A DNA stretch of 64,000 nt from Patescibacteria group bacterium (GTDB lineage: Bacteria > Patescibacteriota > Microgenomatia > UBA1400 > PJMF01), in assembly GCA_016861085.1 (NCBI GenBank), contig BOKR01000001.1, positions 131,271 to 195,270 on the forward strand, given 5' to 3'. The stretch's first letter is position 1. Every line of letters starts with the position of its first letter. Shown here piece after piece: positions 1 through 9,750 of the stretch. The notes under the pieces were generated by a model. That model did no database searches and was not told where the DNA came from. It saw only the letters and a program-made list of their open reading frames with translations. Made by a program: the position numbers and the translations under genes.

Positions 1-66
1 AGAGTAACTTGGCCAAATAAAGAAAAAGAAACACAAGACTATCATCTCTTTTTTGAAGCATGTCAA

Positions 67-933
67 ATGGTCATTGGAACATTACACCTTGATGACGAAG
101 TATTTTCTCAGTCAACACTTCCAAAAATCTTTAGAGTTTTAGAAAAAAGTTATCTATATAGCCAACTCTTTAGCAAACTAAGCATTTCTCAAGGAAACAC
201 GGTTCGTCATCACGTTGAAACGGTACCAACCTTAGTTAGGACAACACCAACAGACATGAGAGAACGCTTTGTACTAAGAGTTACGGCGATTTTTCATGAC
301 GTTGGAAAGGCATTTAATATTGGTAGAGATCAAGTTCACTACCATGCACTTATAGCATCAAACATTGTTTCTTGGTTTATGCAGGAGTATCAGCCCCAGT
401 TTATTCATCACTTATATCTGGCAGATAAAACGCTCGTTACTCCGGTAATTTCTAGAGAAGAGCAGAGTGTAACGCGAGAAAGTTTGGAAGTTGAATTCAC
501 AGTAGTTAGAAATCAGATTACTGAAATCATTCGGCTGCATCATGTGCTTGAGCAAATCGATAAAGGTGTTTTGGATTTAGATGTTGTTGCTCAAATTCTG
601 ACTGAAAAACACATCAACCCTCTCTCCTTTGGTCTGTTTGCTATCGCTGATGGCTCCAGCGTGATTCCAGACAATGCTAAATATGCTGAATTTCTAATTA
701 AAAACTTAGACGCTTTAGCAAAAATAGTTGACCTAATGGAGTATCAAGAAATCTTTCAAAATGAAGGAATTTCTTTCGAAATTAAGAAAACATTTGCTCA
801 GTCATTACAATTCGCAATCACAGAAGTTATTACAAAAGTGGAGGAATTGCCAGAAAAAGTCGCAAAAATAATCCGTGAGATAGCAGGAAAGATTGACACT
901 ATTTTGGCAGTATCTTTATTAACTTTAGTGTAA
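67..933 (+). CDS. HD-domain-containing phosphohydrolase-like protein
   Basis: 288-aa ORF with an H..HD..G motif region (AIFHDVGKAF, HYHALIASN). No recognisable orthologue. The N-terminus may be the true start. Confidence 0.4.
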   Translation: MVIGTLHLDDEVFSQSTLPKIFRVLEKSYLYSQLFSKLSISQGNTVRHHVETVPTLVRTTPTDMRERFVLRVTAIFHDVGKAFNIGRDQVHYHALIASNIVSWFMQEYQPQFIHHLYLADKTLVTPVISREEQSVTRESLEVEFTVVRNQITEIIRLHHVLEQIDKGVLDLDVVAQILTEKHINPLSFGLFAIADGSSVIPDNAKYAEFLIKNLDALAKIVDLMEYQEIFQNEGISFEIKKTFAQSLQFAITEVITKVEELPEKVAKIIREIAGKIDTILAVSLLTLV

Positions 934-1581
934 TCGTGTATATTCACTCAACAGTGTTTCCGCAATTTTTTTTGCTTCTTTATGCTTGAATCGTGGAAGT
1001 CTTAGTTCATACACACTTTTAAGAAATTTTTCACGGTCTTTTTTGGAGAATGTTGGTTTAATTCGAGAAGTATCAAGCATTCCTAGTGTGTCTGCCTGCA
1101 TAATTAAAATCTCTGCATCAGTTTTTAATTTTTTTAATTCGTCATGAAACAAAACAAGATGGGAAACCATAAGGATTTCTGTATTGGTGAATGCTTTAGA
1201 AAGTTTAGCGTAGAGTAGTTGTTCGATCATTTGACTGCCGCGTTTCATGTGTAGTTTTTTTCTTTCAAGAATGTTTTGTAGCGAGTTTGATGATGCGTTG
1301 TCGAATAATCCAATGTAGCCCCAGTCGTGAGCATATGCAGCCGTAATCATCACTTTTGGATTTATTGTTTTGTTTTTAATCAGGTTGATTATTTCTGGAT
1401 CATGAATTAATAGGTGTTTCATCCAAAAAACAACTGCCTTTGTATGTGGCAAATCAAAGTCTTTTCTTCCTTTTTTGAGGTCAGGAAAAATAGTTTGCTG
1501 TAATACTGCTTCAATTTTTGGGTGTATGAGTATTTTCATTTGACGACTATTGTAGCAGTTATGGTATAGTACAACTGCCAT
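925..1581 (-). CDS. HD-domain hydrolase-like protein (hypothetical)
   Basis: 218-aa ORF with AYAHDWGYIG and LVLFHDELKK motifs reminiscent of the HD superfamily. Convergent with the preceding gene, overlapping it by 9 nt. Confidence 0.35.
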   Translation of the reverse strand: MAVVLYHNCYNSRQMKILIHPKIEAVLQQTIFPDLKKGRKDFDLPHTKAVVFWMKHLLIHDPEIINLIKNKTINPKVMITAAYAHDWGYIGLFDNASSNSLQNILERKKLHMKRGSQMIEQLLYAKLSKAFTNTEILMVSHLVLFHDELKKLKTDAEILIMQADTLGMLDTSRIKPTFSKKDREKFLKSVYELRLPRFKHKEAKKIAETLLSEYTRLH

Positions 1582-1723
1582 GATTAAGACTCACATTACA
1601 CATCTTATTTCATTCTCAACTCTCTAAATAGAGTTTTTCTTGAGTGCAGATTTCGCTTTTTTGTTGTGCTTGGACGTTGGACAGGCAAACTATTCTCAGA
1701 TACACTAAATTGTAAAGGAAAAC

Positions 1724-3043
1724 ATGAAAGATCAAATTTTTAAATTAATAGAAAAAGAAGAACAAAGACAAAAGGAAATGATAGGATTGATTCCTTCAGA
1801 GAATGTAGTCTCTCCTGAAGTTTCGCAAGTTTTGTCTAGCTGTTTATCAAATAAATATTCAGAAGGGTATGCGGGCAGAAGATATTATGAGGGAAGCCAG
1901 ATTGTTGATGAAATAGAGTTGTTGGCAATAGAGCGGGTTAAGAAGTTATTTGGGGTTCCATATGTTAACGTCCAACCATATTCCGGTTCACCTGCTAATA
2001 TGGCAATCTATTTCGCTTTGATGGAGCCAGGTGATACCTTGATGGGTTTGAAACTGGCTATGGGTGGGCATTTAACACATGGACATCCAAAAGTCACTGG
2101 TTCTGGCCGATTTTATAATTCTGTGCAATATGGACTAGGAAAGGACGCTAGAATCGACTTTTCTGAAGTTCGAAAATTGGCCCAAGAACAGAAACCAAAA
2201 GTGATTGTTGCCGGAAATACAGCGTACCCATTTGAATTAGATTTCAAAAAATTCAGGGAAATAGCTGATGAAGTAGGGGCATGGTTAGTTGCAGATATTT
2301 CTCATGTGACAGGGTTAGTCATTGCTGGGGAGCACATGTCGCCAGTTCCATATGCTGATGTGATAATGACAACAACTCATAAGACGTTTAGAGGTCCACG
2401 TGGGGCGATGATCTTGGTGACCGAACGAGGATTAAAACGTGATCAAGATTTGGGACAAAAGATTGATTCAGCAATTATTCCAGGGCTTCAGGGTGGACCA
2501 CACAATGCAACCACTGCGGCCATTGCAATTGCAGCCGCACAGGCTATGACCCCAGAATTTAAGAAGTATGCACAGCAAATCAAAAAAAATGCAGCTGTAC
2601 TTGCTGAGGCTCTGAAGGCTAGAGGATTAACATTAGTTGGTGGAGGAACCGAAAACCATTTGATTTTAATAGATTTGACTCCGTATGGAGTGGGCTTTGG
2701 AACGCAAGCAGCGTTCGCTCTAGATGTTGCTGGAATGTATGCCAATAGAAATACGATTCCAGATGAAAAGGGCAGTCCTTTTTACCCGTCTGGCCTGCGT
2801 ATTGGTACGCCGTTGGTTACCACTCGCGGTATGAAAGAGCCAGAGATGGAACAAATTGCTGATTGGATTTATCGCGCTATAGAAGCAGTGAAGGAATATC
2901 AATTGCCAGAGGATAAAAAGCAAGTTAAAGCATTTTTATCAAAATTCAGAGGAGAAGCGTTGCAAAACAAAACATTACTTGCAATCCGAGAAGAAGTGGA
3001 AGAATTAACTAAAAACTTCAAGTTGTTTTGTGAGACGACCTGA
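1724..3043 (+). CDS. glyA: serine hydroxymethyltransferase
   Basis: 439 aa; the N-terminus (IGLIPSENVVSPEV..EGYAGRRYYEG) and a PLP-lysine region (TTTHKTFRGPRG) are canonical SHMT. Confidence 0.95.
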   Translation: MKDQIFKLIEKEEQRQKEMIGLIPSENVVSPEVSQVLSSCLSNKYSEGYAGRRYYEGSQIVDEIELLAIERVKKLFGVPYVNVQPYSGSPANMAIYFALMEPGDTLMGLKLAMGGHLTHGHPKVTGSGRFYNSVQYGLGKDARIDFSEVRKLAQEQKPKVIVAGNTAYPFELDFKKFREIADEVGAWLVADISHVTGLVIAGEHMSPVPYADVIMTTTHKTFRGPRGAMILVTERGLKRDQDLGQKIDSAIIPGLQGGPHNATTAAIAIAAAQAMTPEFKKYAQQIKKNAAVLAEALKARGLTLVGGGTENHLILIDLTPYGVGFGTQAAFALDVAGMYANRNTIPDEKGSPFYPSGLRIGTPLVTTRGMKEPEMEQIADWIYRAIEAVKEYQLPEDKKQVKAFLSKFRGEALQNKTLLAIREEVEELTKNFKLFCETT

Positions 3044-3725
3044 TACTTGCTCTGATCTGAACTAAACCAATAGCTTTTTTTAGTAAAACACTATTTGTGT
3101 TTTTGAATAGTTCAACTTTATGAGTTCTTTCTAATAATTCAACAAGCTTTGGCAGTGACTGCGTAGGGTGAGGATGGAATTCAATGTTGATTTCTTTGAT
3201 AAGCCAGAGACAATCTTGCGATGCAAAGAGAACTTTCTGTTCTGCACCCTCAATATCCATTTTGAGTAGGTCAACCGGCTTTGTCACAAATGAGCTTAGT
3301 TTTTGGGTTGGGACGGTAATTTCTTCTGACCTTTGTGTGCCAACCCAAGAACCTCTGTGAAAGCCGGCAGTTGAATACCACTGTTCTTCAGTTTCATCTA
3401 AGAAGAAAGATTCAAAGCCCTCATGATCACTGAGGGCTACTTTAACAGCAGTAACGCCATCAATTTGATTTTCAAACAGATTTTTTTCTAACAATTCAAA
3501 ACTGTTGGGGTTTGGCTCAAGCGCAACGACTTCTGATTTTGGGTAGGTTTGTTTAAAGTACAGCGTGCTTAAGCCAATATGGGCTCCTGCATCGATAATA
3601 AATGGGGTGGGGTTTTCAGTTTCAAAGTAGTAAGAATCAGAGGTGAAAACTTCCTTTTTGATTCGATGATATTCTTCGGAGTTGTTGTGGTAGATGGTGT
3701 AGTTTTGTAGTCTACTTGAATTCAT
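3018..3725 (-). CDS. FkbM-family SAM-dependent methyltransferase
   Basis: 235 aa. The IIDAGAHIGLSTLYF ... EPNP motif pattern is typical of FkbM methyltransferases. Confidence 0.7.
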   Translation of the reverse strand: MNSSRLQNYTIYHNNSEEYHRIKKEVFTSDSYYFETENPTPFIIDAGAHIGLSTLYFKQTYPKSEVVALEPNPNSFELLEKNLFENQIDGVTAVKVALSDHEGFESFFLDETEEQWYSTAGFHRGSWVGTQRSEEITVPTQKLSSFVTKPVDLLKMDIEGAEQKVLFASQDCLWLIKEINIEFHPHPTQSLPKLVELLERTHKVELFKNTNSVLLKKAIGLVQIRASIRSSHKTT

Positions 3726-3803
3726 ATGTTATCCTATAGTATATCATACTATAGGAACTTTTAAACATGACAATCAGAAAGAGAACGTAGTAAGATAAGC
3801 CAT

Positions 3804-4709
3804 ATGAATAGACGAGTCGGTGCCCATGTATCAGCAAGTGGTGGCTTAGAAAAAGCCATAGAAAGAGCGCATGCGATTGGGGCTAACTGCGCCCAAATTT
3901 TTTCCGGCAGTCCACGCGTCTGGAAGCGGACAGAGCTGCAAACAATTCAAACAGAAAAAATGTTTGCAAAAAGGAAAGAATTAAATGTTGAACCAATCTT
4001 TACTCATTCGCTTTATTTAGTAAACTTAGCTTCAGAAAACCCCGAACTCCTACGGAAAAGTTTCGATGTCTTACAATACGATTTGCGGTTTGATAGTTTG
4101 ATAAAAGGTTCGGGGATTGTCGTTCATTTAGGCAGCCACCAAGGGAGAGGATTTGATGCTGTAAAAGAACAAGTGGCTCAACAGATTGCCAAATTGCTAG
4201 AAACTACACCTGAGGATTCTACATTTTTGATAGAAAATTCAGCAGGTCAAAACGGAAAATTATGTAGTGACCTGTCTGAAATCAGTTGGCTAACTGATCG
4301 AGTTGATGAATTGCTTTCTAGCTCTTCGCATGAAGAATCAGGATCAATCCCAGCAATTGCTAGACTTGGTTGGTGTCTTGATACCTGTCATGCTCATGCG
4401 GCCGGGTACTCACTTGGAGAGTCACAGGGCTCATTGATTTCCAAAAGTGCAATTAATGAAATTACAAAATTAGGTTTGTGGGATTCTCTTAAGTGCATAC
4501 ATGTGAATGATAGTAAAGATAGTTTCGACTCTGGTCGAGACAGGCATGAAAACTTAGGAGAGGGGAATATTTCTAAGGAAGACATGGAATTTTTCCTCAA
4601 TTATGGAACAGTTAATAAAATTACGCTGATAACAGAAGCTCCAGGCTTTGAGGGTAATGGTCCAGATGCTCCAAATATTGAATATCTGAGGAAATTGTCA
4701 CACGCTTGA
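3804..4709 (+). CDS. nfo: endonuclease IV (AP endonuclease family 2)
   Basis: 301 aa. The N-terminus (VGAHVSASGGLEKAIERAHAIGANCAQIF) and metal-binding regions (LDTCHAHAAGY, HVNDSKD) match Nfo. Confidence 0.85.
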   Translation: MNRRVGAHVSASGGLEKAIERAHAIGANCAQIFSGSPRVWKRTELQTIQTEKMFAKRKELNVEPIFTHSLYLVNLASENPELLRKSFDVLQYDLRFDSLIKGSGIVVHLGSHQGRGFDAVKEQVAQQIAKLLETTPEDSTFLIENSAGQNGKLCSDLSEISWLTDRVDELLSSSSHEESGSIPAIARLGWCLDTCHAHAAGYSLGESQGSLISKSAINEITKLGLWDSLKCIHVNDSKDSFDSGRDRHENLGEGNISKEDMEFFLNYGTVNKITLITEAPGFEGNGPDAPNIEYLRKLSHA

Positions 4710-4727
4710 GGTATACTATAGTTCTCA

Positions 4728-5687
4728 ATGATAATTTTTGACGGAAATAAATTAGCACAAGAAAGAGAGCAGAGACTCAAGAAAAAACTTGAGCGTGATT
4801 TCTCTAGAGTGAAATTGGTTATAGCCGCGATCTTATTTCAAGAAGACGCTGGAAGTCGGTTGTACACTAGGCTAAAGGGTGAAGCTGCGGCCAGACTTGG
4901 GATTGAATACCGTGTGTTTGATTTTTCTCTGTCAGATGAAGTCGAAAAAATCCAAACAAAACTTGAAGAGTTGGGGAAAAACCCTGAAATCACTGGAATT
5001 ATTATCCAAAAACCCTCGAGGAATTCTTGGCTTCGTGCCCAAGACGAACATTTTTTGAAAGTTGTTGCTAATCAGCCAGATCCAAGGCGTTTTGAGAGAG
5101 ACCAATATGGTTCTTGGTGGACTAAACTCACCTCGTACATAGATGAACAAAAAGATGTCGATGGATTACACCCAATTACTATTCAACAAATTAGTGATAC
5201 GACCTGGCAGGATATGGGTAAAGTGCTACCTGCAACTTGTCAGGCAGTATTGAATATTTTTGATGAGGCTTTCGAGCAACTTTCAAAAGAACTGATGCTA
5301 CAGGAGACCCAGAAAATTTTTAATGGCAAATATATTATTATTGGCAAATCAGAACTGTTGGGAATTCCACTGTTTTATGAACTCAAGAGACAAGGGAGGA
5401 TTGTTGAAATTATTGCAAGCAAAGAACTTGAGGACCGCATGAGATCTGGACAAAAATTACTCGATGCGTCAGTGATTGTAACTGCTACAGGCAGGAAAGG
5501 GTTGATTACTGGAGAAATGGTTTCGGAAAATGTTGTGGTCATAGATGTTGGTGAGCCGCAAGCAGATGTTGATTTTAATTCGGTTTCCAAAAAAGCTATT
5601 TTTATAACCCCTGTACCTGGTGGTGTTGGTCCTATGACCGTTATTAGTCTGCTTGAAAATTGCGTAAAGTTGGCTTCATATATTTGA
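4728..5687 (+). CDS. folD: bifunctional methylene-THF dehydrogenase/cyclohydrolase with internal insertion
   Basis: 319 aa. It has the IFDGNKLAQE start, GIIIQKP, DVDGLHP and a C-terminal ITPVPGGVGPMTV motif. An extra stretch of about 45 aa sits between the substrate-binding region and DVDG. Confidence 0.85.
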   Translation: MIIFDGNKLAQEREQRLKKKLERDFSRVKLVIAAILFQEDAGSRLYTRLKGEAAARLGIEYRVFDFSLSDEVEKIQTKLEELGKNPEITGIIIQKPSRNSWLRAQDEHFLKVVANQPDPRRFERDQYGSWWTKLTSYIDEQKDVDGLHPITIQQISDTTWQDMGKVLPATCQAVLNIFDEAFEQLSKELMLQETQKIFNGKYIIIGKSELLGIPLFYELKRQGRIVEIIASKELEDRMRSGQKLLDASVIVTATGRKGLITGEMVSENVVVIDVGEPQADVDFNSVSKKAIFITPVPGGVGPMTVISLLENCVKLASYI

Positions 5688-5738
5688 TTGGCACTGCGAA
5701 AATAGTGTATGATAAGATCGAAGCTAAAGGAGATACAT

Positions 5739-6050
5739 ATGGTTGTTAGGATAAATCCAGAGAAAAGAGTAGGTATTGAGCAGTTTTCGAGCTTGCCAAA
5801 GGTAGTTTGGCTTGCAAGATCTGGGCTAACAAAATATAAGCTATTGTTAGATGTATTTGCTGAATATCAAAACTCAAAACCAAGTAGAAAAGCTTCTCAG
5901 GCAGAAACAACTTTTCATGTTTGGTCAAAAGCTGGGGGTTTTGATTGGAAGTCAGATAACACAATTCTAGTCTCAATCCAGACAACCGTGGATTTTGCAA
6001 ACTATTTGAGTGATACATTGGGTAGTCGAGTTGCGGTGACTGACAAGTAA
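5739..6050 (+). CDS. hypothetical protein
   Basis: ORF with a strong SD (AAGGAGATACATATG) at 5739. The track ORF begins at 5709; I chose the internal start for its RBS. No similarity recognised. Confidence 0.35.
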   Translation: MVVRINPEKRVGIEQFSSLPKVVWLARSGLTKYKLLLDVFAEYQNSKPSRKASQAETTFHVWSKAGGFDWKSDNTILVSIQTTVDFANYLSDTLGSRVAVTDK

Positions 6051-6203
6051 ACCAAGTAATTTTCTCATTAGCAATTTTTGTTTCTCTATGTTAAAATACA
6101 CCTCTAGTAAAAAATATATGCGAGCGAATAGATCATAGTCCTGATTTGTCTGTTCAATCGCACTCTTTGCGGAAATCGCAAAACAGAGAGGAAATAAGGA
6201 CGT

Positions 6204-6989
6204 ATGAAAATTGATTTTTCTAAGCTTCCTAATAAAGCACCTGAGTATGATTTAATGACTCTACTCGAGGCTGGTTGTCATTTTGGTCACCAAAAGGCTA
6301 AAAGACACCCAAGAATGAACGAATATATTTACGCAGAAAAAGATGGCGTTCATATTTTTGATTTAGCAATTACTGCAAAACAATTACAGCTTGCATACAA
6401 TTTTGTGTATGATCAAGCTGTAAAGGGTAACACCATGGTTATGGTTGGTACAAAGAAGCAGGCAAAAGAATTAGTAGAAACCGCAGCTAAACAAGCTGGT
6501 GTACACTACATTACTGCTCGATGGCTTGGTGGATTTTTAACTAACTGGGTTCAAGTGAAGCGCTCACTTAAGAAAATGCTCGATATTGAGAGTGGTTTGA
6601 AATCTGGAAAATTTGATGGATACACCAAATTTGAGAAAGTTCAACTTGAGAAAGAGAGAATTAAGTTGGGTCGTTTCTTTGACGGGTTACGAGAACTCAA
6701 ACAAGCTCCAAGCTTCTTATTTGTTGTTGATATCAATAGAGAAAAGAATGCTATTAAAGAAGCAAAAAATATGGGTGTTCCAGTTGTTGCTATCGTTGAC
6801 TCTAATTCAGATCCAGAAGGTATTGATATTGTGATTCCAGCTAATGATGACGCTGTCAGAAGTCTTGGCTTCTTAATTGGTGAAATCAGTAAAGCATATC
6901 AAGAAGGTAAAAAAGATGCTGGTAAATCTGCCAAAGTCGAGAAACCTGAAAAGGAAACAAAAGAAGTAGTTTCAGAGGAGACCAAATAA
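6204..6989 (+). CDS. rpsB: 30S ribosomal protein S2
   Basis: 261 aa. LLEAGCHFGHQKAKRHPRM and a conserved S2 core, with a lysine/glutamate-rich C-terminal tail. Confidence 0.95.
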   Translation: MKIDFSKLPNKAPEYDLMTLLEAGCHFGHQKAKRHPRMNEYIYAEKDGVHIFDLAITAKQLQLAYNFVYDQAVKGNTMVMVGTKKQAKELVETAAKQAGVHYITARWLGGFLTNWVQVKRSLKKMLDIESGLKSGKFDGYTKFEKVQLEKERIKLGRFFDGLRELKQAPSFLFVVDINREKNAIKEAKNMGVPVVAIVDSNSDPEGIDIVIPANDDAVRSLGFLIGEISKAYQEGKKDAGKSAKVEKPEKETKEVVSEETK

Positions 6990-7456
6990 TGGCAAATTAC
7001 ACTGCTCAAGACGTTAAAAGATTACGAGAAGAGACAGGTGCTGGAATGCTTGATTGCAAAAAAGCCCTTGATGAAGCTAATGGTAATTTCGAAGAAGCAA
7101 AAGAAGTTGTCAGACAACGTGGTTTGGCGTTAGCTGAAAAGAAATCAGATAGAGAAACCAATGAAGGCTATATTGCTTGTTATGTACATGCAACAAATAA
7201 AGTAGCTGCAATGGTTGAAATTTTATGTGAAACTGATTTTGTAGCTCGAAATGATGAATTCCAAGCAATGGCAAGAGATGTAGCACTTCACGTTGTAGCC
7301 ATGAATTCAGAAACTGTTGAAGCATTGTTAGCTGAACCATTTGTAAAAGACCCAAGCAAAACTGTTGAAGAATTAGTTAAGGGTGTTTCTGGTAAGATTG
7401 GTGAAAAGTTTGTTGTGAACAGATTTGTGAGATACGAAGTGGGAGAGAGTAAATAA
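6989..7456 (+). CDS. tsf: elongation factor Ts (short form)
   Basis: 155 aa. The N-terminal UBA-like region (VKRLREETGAGMLDCKKALDEANGNFEEA) is conserved. It lies immediately downstream of rpsB, overlapping by 1 nt. Confidence 0.85.
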   Translation: MANYTAQDVKRLREETGAGMLDCKKALDEANGNFEEAKEVVRQRGLALAEKKSDRETNEGYIACYVHATNKVAAMVEILCETDFVARNDEFQAMARDVALHVVAMNSETVEALLAEPFVKDPSKTVEELVKGVSGKIGEKFVVNRFVRYEVGESK

Positions 7457-7473
7457 TTTTATTTGAATTAAAA

Positions 7474-7524
7474 GGAGCCCCGGCGCACTTCTGGAATTTT
7501 CCAGAAAGCTGCCGGGGCTTTTTC
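7474..7524 (+). terminator. rho-independent terminator after tsf
   Basis: A GC-rich stem (GAGCCCCGGCG...GCCGGGGCT) with an inner second stem, followed by TTTTT. Confidence 0.7.
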
Positions 7525-7551
7525 ATTTCTAGAGGGAGTGTGCGTGAAATT

Positions 7552-7962
7552 TTAGAAGCACTGAAGCAGTTTTTCTATTACGTTTACGCAATTTTGAATT
7601 TTTTCAAGGGTATCTTGAGTATTTTTTCGAGTACCATATCGACTTCTATGTATTTTTTTTACTAATTCTTCTAATGAGTCAAGGTGGCCTAAGAGAGTAA
7701 AATAGATGTTTACTATTTTCACGTCTTGGGTTCTTATTTCAAAATAGCTCTCAAGTTCTAAAGCTATTTTTTTGTCAGCTTTAATAAGTCTGATTAAAGC
7801 AGCTGTAATGGTAGTGTCACTACCAAGTTCAAAATAATCACCTTCTTCTTGAATTTCCCTGAGCAACCCCTTTAAATCAAGTTTTATTCGACTTAGTGGT
7901 AACACAGTTGGGTGTTCAGGTTGTCCACCTGTTTCTATTGTTAAGCTCAAATATCGTTTCAT
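7552..7962 (-). CDS. hypothetical protein
   Basis: 136-aa ORF with no recognisable motifs. Confidence 0.35.
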   Translation of the reverse strand: MKRYLSLTIETGGQPEHPTVLPLSRIKLDLKGLLREIQEEGDYFELGSDTTITAALIRLIKADKKIALELESYFEIRTQDVKIVNIYFTLLGHLDSLEELVKKIHRSRYGTRKNTQDTLEKIQNCVNVIEKLLQCF

Positions 7963-8031
7963 GTTTAATTTCTGTATTTTACAAATAGGTCGTGATTATA
8001 CCATATTTATGACAAAAATATATACTATAGG

Positions 8032-9708
8032 TCATCTTATGGAATAAATGCAAGCATTTTGTTTACAATCGATTAAATCTAGTCTTGTTCCAATATTCTG
8101 TTTTAGTTCATGGCTATTTTTGCTTGTATGAGCAGCATAGGTAAAGTTTTTTTCATACATTTCATCATATAAATCGTAATGAATCAGAACCAAGGTAACT
8201 CCTGCGTTTTTTAAAAGCACAATTGTTTCTTCGCTTGGAAATTCTTGCCACAATAGATCCCACTGTGATTCTCGTTCTGGTGGAGTAAAGCCACTCACAC
8301 CATTGTATAGAATTTTCCCGTGATACGTTTGGTATAGCAACCTATCATTTTCTAGGTAGGCAAAGGGCATCATTCTCCAGGAAAAAACGGGAAATTCAGC
8401 CAATATTGTTGATTTTTTTTGCTCTTTTACTAGATCATAGATTTTTGGAATTTCTGTTGGAATTTGATATAGCTCAAACTGGGCAAAGTGAAAGTAAAAT
8501 TGTGTACTTATAAGTACACCAAACAAAAGATACAAAAACTTTTGTTTTAATTTAGACTCACTTACAAAATTTCCAAACAGTAAAGCTATTCCAAAGTTTA
8601 GCAACACAATGAAGCGAGAACTTGCTCTGAACGCTTTAAACCCTGGGATAAGATAATATAAAACTGTGTAAGGTAGGGGAATCGGGACACCAAAAATCTT
8701 AAAGGTTTCATTATGTATCTTTATGACTGGTCCAAGCATCAAGACTACTCCGATGCAAGCAACAAAAAGAGCTGAAGCTGAAGTAAAAATAGTTAAGTTA
8801 CCTGTGGTTTTCTCTTTTGTTTTTTTCGTAGTTTTCCAAAGTAAAAAGAGTAAACCAAAGCTAAGTAGCAAGTCAGGCTGGAATAATCTATCAAGAGAAA
8901 AAGCAAAATGAGCTGCATCACGAATAGTTCTAGTGTATTTAAATTGTTGCGAAGTCAAAAAATATGGTGTAAAGAAAAGTGCTAAAACGACACAGGCAAA
9001 AAAAATATAGTAACTTACCATGAACATATTTTTTTTGATTTGTGTAAGTGTCGTTTTTTGTAGCAAAAAGGGAATGCAAGCAAAAAACACAAAGAACCCA
9101 CTCATCGGTGAATTAAGTGTTTGTAAAATGAACACGCACAGAGAGAAAAAGAGCCAATACCATTGATTATTTTCAATCCACTTCAAAAAAAACAAAAGGG
9201 TAAGCGGGATTCCTGCTAATAAGTAAGTATGTAGGTGAACTAAATATTGAGTCTGAATTGAAGAAAAAGTGAAAAAAAACGCTAGGAAATGACTAGCAAG
9301 GTTGGAAAATTTGAGTTGCTTTCCAATAAAATAGCTCGATACATACAAAAGTACTGCTCCAAAAATCAGATGAAAATTATGAATGGCAACTATATTTTTT
9401 GTAAAAAACAGCAGCGGTATGGTAAGAATTGCGGTAGGAATGAAAGGATCAGAATAGGTGAGTGTATTTGCAAAAGGAAAGTAAATTGGTAGATCAAAAA
9501 TGTTTTTACCTTCTGCTAAAAGAGTACTCACAGTATAAATTGTCCATGAAATAAAAACCCCATCGGCCCTTGAAGTGAGGTGGGTGGTGAAATGAAAGAG
9601 AACTGGATAGAGAAACATGATTGTGAAGAATATGGCAGCAAAGAGCGGTACAGTATATTTTTTCATCCGGGTTAAATATATCAAAATATATCTATTCATA
9701 CAACACAC
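8032..9708 (-). CDS. polytopic integral membrane protein (possible GT-C-like glycosyltransferase or YfhO-like)
   Basis: 558 aa with more than 10 predicted hydrophobic helices followed by a soluble C-terminal domain of about 180 aa. The family assignment is tentative. Confidence 0.5.
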   Translation of the reverse strand: MCCMNRYILIYLTRMKKYTVPLFAAIFFTIMFLYPVLFHFTTHLTSRADGVFISWTIYTVSTLLAEGKNIFDLPIYFPFANTLTYSDPFIPTAILTIPLLFFTKNIVAIHNFHLIFGAVLLYVSSYFIGKQLKFSNLASHFLAFFFTFSSIQTQYLVHLHTYLLAGIPLTLLFFLKWIENNQWYWLFFSLCVFILQTLNSPMSGFFVFFACIPFLLQKTTLTQIKKNMFMVSYYIFFACVVLALFFTPYFLTSQQFKYTRTIRDAAHFAFSLDRLFQPDLLLSFGLLFLLWKTTKKTKEKTTGNLTIFTSASALFVACIGVVLMLGPVIKIHNETFKIFGVPIPLPYTVLYYLIPGFKAFRASSRFIVLLNFGIALLFGNFVSESKLKQKFLYLLFGVLISTQFYFHFAQFELYQIPTEIPKIYDLVKEQKKSTILAEFPVFSWRMMPFAYLENDRLLYQTYHGKILYNGVSGFTPPERESQWDLLWQEFPSEETIVLLKNAGVTLVLIHYDLYDEMYEKNFTYAAHTSKNSHELKQNIGTRLDLIDCKQNACIYSIR

Positions 9709-9750
9709 GAGAAGCGTGTTTTCTTTTAGTTCTTAAGATATACTGGTTAT

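Noticed and set aside
2488-2923. Antisense ORFs inside glyA (85 and 67 aa), and similar embedded ORFs inside gyrA, gyrB, pilB, eno, tgt, argG and others
   Set aside because: They lie entirely within strongly supported genes on the opposite strand or in another frame. They have low-complexity or odd composition and lack RBS. These are shadow ORFs.
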